Below, piece by piece: positions 11,858 through 23,900 of a stretch of 64,000 bases of DNA. This stretch comes from Marsupella aquatica. Lineage: Eukaryota > Plantae > Marchantiophyta. Both the position numbers and the translations under genes were made by a program. Position 1 is the first letter of the stretch. The number at the start of each line of letters is the position of its first letter. Under the pieces are notes generated by a model, which was not told the origin of the DNA, made no database searches, and saw nothing but the letters and a program-made list of their open reading frames with translations. The stretch is taken from NCBI GenBank assembly GCA_973895155.1, contig OZ316891.1, forward strand, positions 8,681,875 through 8,745,874, in the 5' to 3' direction.

Positions 11858-13508
11858 TGTGTTTCAGTTCAATGGTGGATGTTGTTGCCGAGAATCTATT
11901 GTTTACAAAAGTCTACCGAGGTGGTTGGGTTCAGGATTAAGCTATCTGCACTGAAGCCGGGCTGTTGGGTGCTAAGACAACGGCAGATGAGGGTGGTTCT
12001 TTGTGAGAAATTATCCTCGAGCCAGAACGATTCTAATACAGTCTTCATGCGGATCCTCACCTGAAACTTACTGACGCAATCAATCTGCAACCTCGACAAA
12101 TAATGGTTTTCCTGACCATGAGGCTTTTGAGAGAATGCACAGAACATACAAAACCCAGGGCTGGCTTAACAACAGCGAAAACTCAGTGATAAATCCATAT
12201 GTTTTGAAATGGAAAGCTCCACTGGGGATGTGGAGTGCTCTGCTGAGCTGGGAGGAGTCCTATCAAATTTTCTAGCTGGATCCTATCTTTGCTGATCTCA
12301 GTCATATTGCGCTTTAGATACTACTAGTGATGGAAAAATGAAAAACGTTTCTCCCGATGGATTCCATCGTAATATCGCCACATATTCCCCTCGTCAGGCT
12401 AGTCTCCACTTTCTCAACGATCGACTTTAGGACTTACTTATCTTATGTGGTAAGGTAGCTTCAGGTATATTACCTCTCCCACACCGAAAAGAATGAACTT
12501 TCCATCAGACTCTCGAATACTCCGTCCAGCATCGTGGGGAACGGATCAAGATAAAAATTAAGATACTTCGTATCAGGTTTAACGTAAATCTGACGAAGGC
12601 GCACATGGTACAATCTAGTGTTTGAATAAGCTACCTTTCACGAGTGTCAGTAACGTATGCCCAACCACAATTGAGGATGTCCTCGCTCATTTCCACAACT
12701 ATGTATGACATTCTAGTGTATGAATAAGCTGCCTTTAGTGACGTATGCCCCACACAATTGCAGAGGTCCTCGCTATCACAAGAGCTATGCAAGAAGGCAA
12801 CCTCCTGAGTTCACCCTTCTCGAAGAGTGGTGCAGTCCCTAAGGCAAGAAATAAAATTGAGATCCAGATTGAAACACTCCGCATGGTTCGTAATAAGTCC
12901 ATTCTAAACATCAGCAAGGATGACGTCCGTCTTGCTGGACCCAGGATAACCGCTTTTCTCTTTGTTAAAATTCAAAAACTTATAAAAAGTGTATTCTCAT
13001 TACACGTACAACCAAAACATAACCATCCCCGTTGCTTCTGAGCATTTCACAGAGACCTCCCCGCATCAAAAAAGTCTGCAGGAATGATGAGAGCTTATAG
13101 CTGACATGGCTAGTAGAAGCACAACTGGTAAAACTTTTATGCAATTCTACAGGGGTCATTTCCACACGCTGATAGCCTATTTAGCGGCATCCTGAAACGT
13201 GTGCTTTCCCCCTTGTATGTCCTAAGACCCTGCGTATGCTGAAACAACTGGTTTGAGAAAAAATCCATCAGTACGACCTCACAATCCAGATAAACGGTAC
13301 TGCACGAGAGAAGTAGATCCCCTAAACTGCAGATGACGATGAATGTAGCTTTCTGACGACCCTGTAAAATTTAGGTGTAAGTTTCATAATTGCTACTGAT
13401 CATAATCTTATCTACAGAGTTGAAGTCCCTTGCAATGGAAATCCAGATCATTTATGATATCATCACATCCGGCCCTTTTTCATCTGGAAAACCGCGTAGC
13501 TCCTGTCA

Positions 13509-14715
13509 TCAAGTGCCTCGAGCTTCTCTCCGAGTGGCATCGTGAAGAATATCCACGTCAACACCGTCGGGTGGTAGCTGCACATATCGGACGACTGATC
13601 CTCGGATGAAACAGTTTTTCACAGAAAGCTGCACAGCACAGATCTTAGGGATCAGCAAAACACGACATAAACAGACGCCAATTTCAAGTAACAGAGTGGA
13701 GCGTTAAATCTACTAAATATTGGCTACAAGATGACTCTAAGCTTTAGAGTCATTACTCCTTCTGCCTCAACAGGAAACCTACAGGCAAACGACTTCGACA
13801 AACTAGAGAACCATTCAGACCGTCAAGCAGAACATAACAGTTGCCGAACTCTACAATTTCAGTCCAAGACCATGCTGGCCCATCCGACAAAGAAACACCC
13901 TGACTCTATTCCTCGGACAGTCTACTGTGGCAGACAAACTGGATCTAAAGTTGCTGTTCCCTAGATTAATCTCTGTGGGTTGTCTCTGAGTAAAAACACT
14001 CAATGTAAACGTGGAACACTACATTCAACAATTGCTACTAAGGACACAAATTAAGCAAGTGAATCATCGCACAACAGAGATACCCACACAAAGCTGGCTC
14101 TCGCAGCTCAGGACAATAAAACACCTTATTATCTGTGCCCCAACTCATTATTACATTGGATGGTTATAGACAGGATGTAGGACACGAGACTTGAGACTCA
14201 ATATGTATCCATCTCACAACGCAAAGATTAGAGAAGCGAAAATGAACGAGCGACGACGGTCCGTTGGGGTAGTACCATATGAGGGTACTTCGCTTCGTCC
14301 ACTACTCTCGTATTCTCCAGCTTTATATTCAAATACTGGTCTACAGAATGCAGAGTGCCAGTAATTGCTAGGTCATTCTTCAGCTCCACTGTGACCTCCT
14401 TCCCCACCAGCTCCTTGAAGTACGAGAAAAACAACTGCACAGACCACGAAAACCCTAAATTGAGACCTTGCGCAGTATACAAACCCCCTTTGCCACACTT
14501 TTCAGCCCTGCCTCAAAGCAGCTCCAGGGTTTTCCCTCCAAACATCCCAACACCGAAATCGAGCTTGACGAGAAGGCCGCGACAGGATCAACCAAACGCC
14601 CGCCCCATCGACAAGATTGGGGCCGACTCAAGTATCCAATTCACCCATTCTTTCACCTCAAGCACCTCAAGCAGAGCTCGTGACTTCAACTGGGAAGGAA
14701 GAGGAGGCTCACCAT
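13509..14715 (-). CDS. LSM2: U6 snRNA-associated Sm-like protein LSm2 (93 aa); exons 14715-14713 (ATG only), 14434-14276, 13628-13509
   Basis: M|LFFSYFKELVGKEVTVELKNDLAITGTLHSVDQYLNIKLENTRVVDEAKYPHM|LSVKNCFIRGSVVRYVQLPPDGVDVDILHDATRREARGT*, with canonical GT-AG introns. Confidence 0.96.
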
Positions 14716-17700
14716 GGTGCCAGCAGCAGTCGGACGAGCGAGCTCGAGCTTGAATTCCTAGGAGTTGGCGGTCGACCACTGCCTCCCTGCTCCACGTCTT
14801 CTTCGAGAATTTAGCGTGTGAGATTAAGAATCATGTCCGTCGACGTGCTCCAGCAGGGAGACCAGGAAGAAATTGAAGCTCTCGAGATCCAAAATAATAG
14901 TTCTTTTACCGAGGCTGGCAACTTGACATGTAGCGCTCCACAATTTGCACTATAATAAGAGGAGAAGTTCTTTTCAGGGAAGCTTTGATTGTGTTGTGAG
15001 GGGCTGGGCTTAGGGTTAGGAGGGTTTGTGTTCGAAAATCTAAATGAAATGGACGTCTTGGTTCTTATATCAATCAAACTAGAGACTATAATATCCAATC
15101 CGTCCATTCAGAACTATTAGAACACCTCAAAGCTTCAAAGTTGCCGACAATGGCTTTTGAGAAGGTTGTGTAAAAGTTGTTTTTTCACTAGCGTCAACAA
15201 TGATTTATGGTCATGGCATATAACCAATAGTTATGGCCAAAAGTTGTGTATTATGATCTAGTAGTCCATAACTTTTTCTGTCTGTAATGACAACTATTGA
15301 ATTAAGGTCCATCAAATTTGAAGTTTTGAGACACCCTATTGTGATGTATTTATGAATTGTCATATTGAGCAAGAAAACATCCTGGATATTTGTTGAAAAT
15401 TGTTTTCTTCCCCACCTTTCATTAGCCAAAGACATATCAACTTCTGCCCTCCGTGCCTCCCCTCGCACCTTGTGTACTTGCCCATTCCTGCCTCATGCTC
15501 CATGCCTTGCACTTGCTAATCATCTAATGCTTGGGCATTGGGCTGGTCTGTCATGAAAGACTAATCTAATGCAACAGACATGCTATTGTCATATAGCATG
15601 CTCATCGTGGAACATGCTTTATTTTTTGTCTTGTAGTGATCTGAAAGTAAATAAATTATGAGAGCATAGAAGTGCTATTATATATGTAAAGTGTCTGCCA
15701 AGAAAAGCACAGTGACCAAGAAAAGGTACAGGCAAACTATGCTAGATGTGTGCACTTAACTCAGGGTGCCTTATGAATGATACTCCTTTCAATAAAAACC
15801 ATAAACCTAGGAAAGAAAAACATGAGGAGAACTTAAGAAGCTATGCATTCATGTTCTTCAGCATCATTTTTCTCACTCCTAGTGGTGGAGCCTTTGGTTT
15901 CATCTCTAAGAAAACACATATTGTGAAAGGGGGCTGCCAAAATAAGTTCTAAACACTCTAGAATACCTAAAACTAAAGGGGTCTAAAAATTAATTAAAAA
16001 TGTATAGAATACATAGGCTGGCCCTTGATAAGGCAGATTGAAATGAAAATACATGACACAAAAATCTAAATAAGACAAAATCTGAAATGTGCATTCACCA
16101 TATAGCAGCTTCAAAAATTGTCATAAGGGATGTGGAGCTGAAGTGTTGCTGAGCATAATTAAGTGAAATGGTCAGGTAGTCGGCTAATCGGCCTAGCACC
16201 AGGGTTTCATGGAGTGTGCAAGGTGTGGGGAGATTGACGGATTGAACATGGAAAAGGTGCAGAGTGTAACTTGTAGGTCCATCTCATCTTTAGGAAAATG
16301 TCAGCATAATCCCAACAGTCTGGGAGGCTTCCCACCAAACTGACATTGTAAACACCATGAGAAAGAAAGAGCAGCATTGCAGCCACATTGACATTAGATA
16401 TCCGCAAAGTAGGAACAATGTTGGTTGAAATGGCCTGCTTAACCCCTGAAATAAAAATGAGTCAAAATTATATCATCAACTATGACAAAGACATTGAAGG
16501 CTTTCCATTGGGCTTAAGACCTTGGATCCAAGCTACTCTTGTTACTGAAGTCAATAGTCACTAGCCAAGTTGAACAGGCCCACTGTTTAGCTAAAGCAAA
16601 CCATCTTTTAAAATTTAGTTAAACTTTATGAATATCTAAACACCAAAACATAGTTGAGATCCGAAACTCCTGCAAGTGCAAGCCAAAGCTCAAAAGTGGA
16701 CAACTAAGGTAAGACAAACTGACGAAGCCAAAAAAACAGAGACCACATTCAACCTATAATGCATCTTACTAATAAAGCACAACAAAACTTACTCTTTGAG
16801 GCTACTCTCTAGTAGAGTGAAGCCCCTAGACTGTGACTCTAAATAGGACAAGGAAAAGTGAATAAAAAAGACAGGGATGGGGGCAAAGATCAAAGGGGGC
16901 AAAGATGAATGGGAAATAATAAAGAATCTTTTATTGCAAGATTTCTTTTCTGATCTCTATATATGTTTATGGGACAGGTAATCAGGCTAGTCAGGGAAAA
17001 CTAGATCATGCCATGGACTCAAAGCCAAACCATCCTACTGACAGAAAAGAGATTACCCAGTACCCATCAAAACCTGAGTCAAAATTATCCAATTCAGTTT
17101 CAATCAAGGGCTCACAATTTTGAACACAAAGCCCTCTCCCTCTCTATTGGAGAAAATGGGCTTGGTTCAAATGTGGACATTTTGTGTGAGTCAGGGTGCA
17201 GTGTGCAAAGAATGACCAAATTTGAAATTGAAGTTTCAATCAGAAAGCCCCTTGAATTAGACCCCAGAACTAATAATTCAAATAGGTTACTCTATTCAAC
17301 TGAAATTGCAACTGAAATTTTTAGGAACTTTGTACATTTGTTCAATGACACATATCCTTTTAAAAATGTATAATAATTGTACATTGGGAGATGGGAAATG
17401 TAAATTTTGGCACAGGGATGAAAAGTACACATTTGGGTGAACAAATTAAAATTTGGGGATAAAAGTGTAAATTTGGGTGCATAATACATAGATCATAAAT
17501 AATGAGATATAACCTTGGGTACGGGCTTGGGTAGTATCTCTATTCAAAACCTTTCCTTAGAAAGTGAAGCTCCCATGTAGTCTCTGAGGATCTTATTCGT
17601 CGGCATTGAGATTAGACTTTGGTTTCCTGCTGATTGTTCAATCCCTGAGATGGTTACTGCTCGAAGTGTTTATAAGTGGAGTTACGGTTAAGGGTCATGT

Positions 17701-17733
17701 CTATAACCACGATAATTTATACGGGGCTCCACT

Positions 17734-18138
17734 ACAAAATATGAGAGACGAACAAAGAGAAGAGAAGCTGATCGCGCCTTCTGCTTGCTCCGCCGATGAT
17801 CACGATCATTTCGTACCTGTTAGACTAAAGACCCGGTACCTACAAGAGGAAAAAGGGACTTGAACCCTCAACCTTAGCCTTGGCAAGGCTATACTCTACC
17901 ATTAAGCTATTTCCGCCATAAATTGCGATATATATACATGACTCGGCACAGGGTATAATGGCTCCTCAGTCCGCCTCACGGCGGACCAGTCAGGCTAAGG
18001 TTGAGGGTTCAAGTCCCTTTCTCCGCTTGTAGGTACCGGGTCTTTAGTCTAACAGGCACGAAATGATCGTGATCATCGGCGGAGCAAGCAGAAGGCGCGA
18101 TCAGCTTCTCTTCCCTTTGTTCGTCTCTCATATTTTGT
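17734..18138. repeat. 147-bp inverted repeat (17734-17880 / 17992-18138) with a 111-bp spacer
   Basis: The arms are reverse complements with only a few mismatches. The right arm carries a second copy of the tRNA 3' half. Confidence 0.93.
17845..17916 (-). tRNA. trnG-GCC: tRNA-Gly(GCC), mitochondrial type, probably a NUMT pseudogene
   Basis: GCGGAAATAGCTTAATGGTAGAGTATAGCCTTGCCAAGGCTAAGGTTGAGGGTTCAAGTCCCTTTTTCCTCT folds as a cloverleaf with anticodon GCC and one acceptor-stem mismatch. Confidence 0.85.
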
Positions 18139-20308
18139 GTTTCTTGGATTTATTTTCTCCCCATTCCCGTGTCGGGAATAGAGCTGAAGCCGAAAGAAAA
18201 GGCCCATAGCACGGGGTACTGTCAGACGGGGGAAAGGAAAAAGACCGACAAAAAAAGGGAAACCGGTTTGTTTCCGGGAGAGGGCCAGAGGCTATCTCCC
18301 CGATAAGCACTGCCTTCCAATTAACTACATAGGTGTTACGATTTCATACGAAAGCTAAGTACACCGGGTGGGGGGTGTGCACATCATGTTCGTTTATGCG
18401 GCCACTATTACATATGATCTCGGATTAAGTCTCTTTAAAGCTGGCACACGAACCAAACAAAAGCAAATTAAAAGGGTGCAGCTCTCTTCTTGATGAGTAG
18501 AGTTGATCCGCAAAGAGCACATGCTCTAGAAAGAGCGGCTCGGGTCGACCTCCACCAGCTAATATCAATAACCTGCTCAGACCACCATGTTTGACAAGAT
18601 GCTCCGATGGACCATTGCAACCCTTGGACCACTCTGAAAAGTAAATTTTTACTCAGGTAGCACCTTTCCATTGTGTAGATGTGGACTGGTTTGGGTGTCA
18701 AAAAATATTTGATGCAGGGGAGTTCTGAGGTCAGACATCACAGTAAGTCCCCAGCATCCTAACTTCCTTTCCTCAACAAACAAACTATCAATGGCTAAAC
18801 TCAAATGTAGAATAGAATATCCCCTAGGCCTACTGTTCTAATACAACTGAAGGCAGGGTTGTTGTTTCCTGTCAAAGATGGTAGTTCCTGAGACCCCAAC
18901 TCCCAAAGGTCAGTAGACAACATCATGGCCTTCAAATGTTCTGGGTGTTACATCTTCTGTACTGAGAAGTTTGGGAGCACTCGGCAAGCCATCCACTGGG
19001 GTCCTGGTTATGGGGTGTCCTTGATTGGAGTAAGGCTCTTAGGCCGCTCCATAGTGTGAATGTCATATTGCCTACCCTTGCTCGCCTGCCCTTCACCTTG
19101 AAACTCCAAATTTTTAATGAAGTGGGTTGCTTTGTGGAATGTACCGGAAAATGATCCATTGGAGTGTTTGGGACTGCTGGTGTGTTTGAAACCCAGCTAT
19201 TTCTAGGAAAGCATCCCAAGGCTATTGGTCCATTTGTACATTAGGGCATCACAATCTTCAAGCAATATGGCAAAGAGGACCTCCTTTACAGTACACAATT
19301 ACTGTCCGGGAAAAAGATTACTTTTGAAGCAATTTATTATGGGAATAACAGGTACCTTAAAAATGGTTCCACATCAGTAACTTGCATTCCGTACATAAAT
19401 TGTGTGACATAGGACAATGAGGGATTTGAATTTGATGTACCTTTCATATGGAACAAGGTTACCTGTGGGAAACAATTTATACTCCATGCTCCTATTCGCA
19501 TAATATTATGCCTCGTAATCCAAAACCAACAATCTTGTTTATAAAGTGCCAACTACAAGCTAGAGTTAGGGCCTAGGTTTCTAGAGTGAAGCCTTTGTAA
19601 CTCCATGGCTCATCATATGGATGGGAAAACTCATGACTATGATATATGTCAACTGATAATCATGCATATTTTTTGTCATGATTTCTATTTCTATTAATAA
19701 AATGAACTCTATGGCCCATCATAACATATGTGCACATAAAGAAATATGTGCATAGAAAAGAGTATGATATGTTATATTTGATTATTAAAATGATGACTGA
19801 ATTTTTTAATCATTTAATTAACTTTCAAAACATGTGGATAAAGAATATATTTTGGTGACATTTTCATTGTCCCCTCTACTATTCAAGTTCAAAGAAAAAT
19901 GGGGTAGTTGGGGCTAGTCTTATATAAAACCACCATCCTTCCAACATCCTTCTCCCCTGAAAAAATTAGTGGGCCCAGAAGTTGGTTATCCTATACATTT
20001 CAGGGCCTGACTCTCTAACCTGGTCACCCCGCTGAGTGGTGTTTACAAGGGCAATGGGAACTATCTAACTCCACTGTTAACTCACGTGTTCTCCCAACTC
20101 ACTCGACGGCGTGCTTCTTTACATCTAGCGGTGTACCTGATCCCCTCACTCCACGGGAGCATCTGGTACCATCGATTCTTTGACGGCGATCGACCGACGG
20201 TGCCGAGGTTTGTTAGGACTACACAGGGTAGCGGTGAGAGTTTGCATGCCATCCAAGCTTATCGAGAACGATGAGGTGGCAGCGAACCTCCGTGACATTC
20301 ATCAGCAT

Positions 20309-20372
20309 TTTCTCGAGCTTTCTCGAGAGATCGAAAGCTTCGAATTGAGAGAGAGAAGACACTGGAAACTTC
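20309..20372. promoter_or_regulatory. Heat-shock-element-like cluster upstream of the sHSP gene
   Basis: TTCtcGAGctTTCtcGAG...gcTTCGAA...GAAacTTC: imperfect alternating nGAAn/nTTCn units ~400 bp upstream of the ATG. Confidence 0.5.
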
Positions 20373-20759
20373 TACAGTTGGTACTTCGTGTGCTTCTTCG
20401 CTGTGCTCCACATCTCTCCATAAAAAGGTCCGCAATGTGCCCACAATGCGATTGTGCAGTGCAAAAGCGGACTATCGTTGCTCGCAATTCGTAGATTTCT
20501 GTATCTCTCGATCAAGCGTCGTGAACATTGTAGATTCTGTTACGAAACGAGCTACTGACTCCGGAATTCGACTGACCTTGCAGTTCTGATTTTGTGGAGA
20601 ATTGCAACGATCTTCGCATTTCACGTTTTACGATTCGCGTTGTCGATACCGTTTTTCTTTTCGAACCGAACTTTCTGGCCCTCGCATTTCACGTTTTACG
20701 TTTCGCGTTGTAGACATCGTTTCTCGTGTCGAACGAAACTTCGCTAGCGCTCCGTTCCA

Positions 20760-21908
20760 ATGGCTTCGACCACGGTCCGAAAGCTTTTCAACTTGGCGAA
20801 TTGCGTGGCAGTCCGGAGGTCTGCTGCATTGAAAGATAGCAATGCAAGGAATGCCGTGAATTGTGTCATGCAACGACAGTACGGTAAGCCGCGGATGATG
20901 GCCTCGGCTGCTCAGGAGATGTCGCCCGAATACGAGGAAAACAAATCGGAGAAGAGGAGAGGGGAATCAGACGCTCTGTCGCGCCGCGGAAGGTTCTCTC
21001 CCTTAGGCATTTTTGGTAAGTTTGTGCTCTCCGAATCGACGCTAGGAATGTATGGTTAGTCACTACAACACTTCAGTTCTGTCTTTGCTCAAGTTTCTCC
21101 TTCTGCTCCGATTTCTTCAGCGTAGAAAATGCTCGACTCGATCAACTCAGGAAGCCAGGGAAAGTGGCAACTTACTATTGGTTCACTGTTACTAGAGATC
21201 TGACGTGCTTGATCTTATGTCTAACTCAAAATTAGCTAGTCTCAAAATAAAATTTCCACACAAAAGACACGTTTGGAAAGAATTAGATCAACGTGAATGG
21301 TCCGTGTTGATCGTTCTTCTTGCCGTGACGAGCATCTGTGCTGAAGGGAGCTGTTCTCAATCACACAGTGTCCCCTTCACGAGCGTCATACTTTGCTCGT
21401 CGTCCGGATGCAATCTCACTTACACGGGTCCACTGAATTTGCATGACAATCAGGTGCCTTCGATTCCTTCTTCCCCAACCGGAGTCTCCTATCAATGATC
21501 GACACAATGGATCGAGTTTTCGATGAACCATTCTTCGCTCGAGCGGCACCTGCATCAGTGGCGTCACCATTTCTGAACTCTTCTAGACCACCGTGGGATT
21601 TTAAAGAAACGGAGGACTCCTACCGCATGCGGATTGACCTCCCAGGCCTCACAAAGGACGAGGTCAAAGTGTTTGTAGAAAATGGTGACCTTGTTATCAA
21701 AGGCGAACACAAGGATGAGGAAAGTAAGCAGGATAGCGATGACCAATGGGAGTCCCGAAGTTACGGTACCTATAGCACCAGGATTCTACTTCCCGAGAAT
21801 GCAAATAAAGAGCAGATCAAAGCGGAGTTGAAGAATGGAGTGCTCTTTGTTTCAGTCCCGAAATTCAGCGAACCGCAGAAGAACGTCATTGATATCCCCA
21901 TCGAGTAG
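20760..21908 (+). CDS. Organelle-targeted small heat-shock protein (HSP21/HSP23-like); exons 20760-21015, 21454-21908
   Basis: Basic transit peptide, the organellar consensus DSFFPNRSLLSMIDTMDRVF, and an alpha-crystallin domain RPPWDFKETEDSYRMRIDLPGLTKDEVKV...IKAELKNGVLFVSVPK. The phase-1 GT-AG intron keeps the frame. Confidence 0.93.
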
Positions 21909-22141
21909 ATATTTCGACACTGTCAGCTGATTTTTTGCATTTCAAACAAATTTACCTGCACTGGAATCGATGATGCCAACAGGTAACTTGCAATATGATT
22001 TTCATCCGTCTGCCAGACATCTGTCCTTGAAACTGCGAATCAGCGTACATATCAATGAAGGCTCACTCTGTTAGAACAGTACTACTGCACTGTTAATACC
22101 GCTAAAAATCGGAAGGCAAGGTTCTTCTGTGGCGAAGATGC

Positions 22142-23200
22142 TTACATTGCATGGGCTTCTGGAAGCCTTTCTAGAAGAAGGAGATGGAAGAGTACTGTAG
22201 AATTTTTGTTCGATGTAAAGTTTAGTAAACCGTCATATCTAGGTGTAGGGCCACATGGGATGATGAATGTACAGAGTTTTCGGATGTAAAATCCGCTGAT
22301 ACCATCGTGTTTGTACACAAAGTTTCCTGAGAAAGAATCTGGAATAAAGTTGGCGCTCGGAACAAGTTTTGAGTAGCATCTGCACACTGTCGTGAATGTA
22401 CTGCACAAGTTCCCCGACATTCTTTTGGAATAAATGTCGCCACATCTGTGCAGTACATTTGCTACCCTTCAATTCGAATCTCTTAATTACAGTTATTCGC
22501 AACACCAGTTGCAGTAACGAATAGAACCGTCGCCGCCATTCAATCGTTCCCTCGAAGCTGAGTACAATTTGATTCACCGAAAACGAATTGGAATCGTTTA
22601 CTTTTCGAAACCTCGCCTTTTCGTCCATCGCAAAGGTTGCCCTACTTTTGCATGCATCGAAACTAAAACCTAACTGTCTTATTTACTCCTTTATTGTAAA
22701 GGTTGGATGAAGTGACTTCCATGCACCTTGCTAAGTACTGGAATTGTACGAACTTATGTACAACAACAGGAAAAGACGGGAGAGTATCAAAACTTTTCGG
22801 AATTCAACTGTCAGCAAGAAAGTGGAATCGCCATTCGTCAGTACAATACAAAATCAATGCATTCGGATGTCTTATAAATTCGGTGTACTGACGGAAATGG
22901 TGCAGTTGGCTAAATTTCCCAACATCAAAGCTAATGGTAGCCATGGTTTTGTAAAAACAGAGGAGGCGACATGTCCGATTCCAGCAACAGCTTAAAGTCA
23001 TGGCGATGCTCGAGCAACCTTCCTCGGAAAAGTCATCAAAATGTGTCACACATCTGCCGATGAATCGATCTATTCTTGAAATCAGCATCGACAAAGCCAA
23101 ATTCTTGCGTGAAATATGTCGTGCAATCGATGCACAAATTGACACCTCGAGCTCGAAACAACGCAGCCAAACATCTACAAACCTGCCAATGGGCATAAAC
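22142..23200 (-). pseudogene. Degenerate coding-like segment of unknown family
   Basis: Coding-like composition with a 129-aa ORF (22239-22628) and an upstream frame broken by many TGA/TAG stops. No family recognised. Confidence 0.25.
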
Positions 23201-23218
23201 CAAATGGACAGTAAAAAT

Positions 23219-23900
23219 TGAACGTTCTCTACAAAAGGGACAACTATAGTCTTTAGGCAAGGTTTTTTCTTTTTTGCCAAGGTGGCGAATGTACACTAGT
23301 AATGTAAGGAGAAGGTACCAAGAATAGTAAAATTTTGAACATTCTCTACAAAAGGGACAACTACAGTCTTCAGGCAAGGTTTTTTCTTTTTTGCGAAATG
23401 GCGAATGTACAGTCTTAGTGTAAGGAGAAGGTACCAAGAATAGTAAAATTTTGAACATTCGCTACTCTTCAGGCAAGGTTTCTTCTTTTTTGCGAAGATG
23501 GTGAATGTACAGTCTTTTAGTGTAAGGAGAAGGTACCAAGAATATTTCGAGAAAAATATCAACATTCGCTACAAAAGGGACAACTACTCCAGGCAAGGTT
23601 TTTTCTTTTTTGCTAAGGTGGCGAATGTACAGTAGTAATGTAAGGAGAAGGTACTAAGAATATTTCTAGGAATACTGAAATTCACATATTAATTCCTATA
23701 TGAAATGTGGTTTTCTTTTTCGCTAAGGTGGGGCATGTAGTACTGGAAGGAGACGATATTAAGAATATTTTATTAATTCTTATATGAAATGAGGGTGTTT
23801 TGTTTTCCGAGAAGGTGGCCAATGTAGTAGTGTAATGAGAAGGTACTAAGAATATTTCTAGGAATAGTAGATTCCCAAATTAATTCCTGTATGAAATGTG
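23219..23900. repeat. Degenerate tandem repeat, ~115-120-bp unit, ~6 copies decaying rightwards
   Basis: The unit gaacattctctacaaaagggacaactac..caggcaaggtttttt-ctttttt..ggcgaatgtaca..gtaaggagaaggtaccaagaata recurs. Confidence 0.88.

Larger units (their letters stand above)
17500..18550. other. Nuclear insertion of mitochondrial DNA (NUMT); boundaries approximate
   Basis: Contains a plant-mitochondrial-type trnG-GCC, and the flanks differ in composition from the surrounding AT-rich intergenic DNA. Confidence 0.55.

Noticed and set aside
15186-15638. CACTA-type non-autonomous element (CACTAG...GTAGTG)
   Set aside because: The termini match only over 5 bp and there is no 3-bp TSD; at most a single-end remnant.
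18311-18321. trnG-UCC-like anticodon fragment (tgccttccaa)
   Set aside because: No surrounding cloverleaf.
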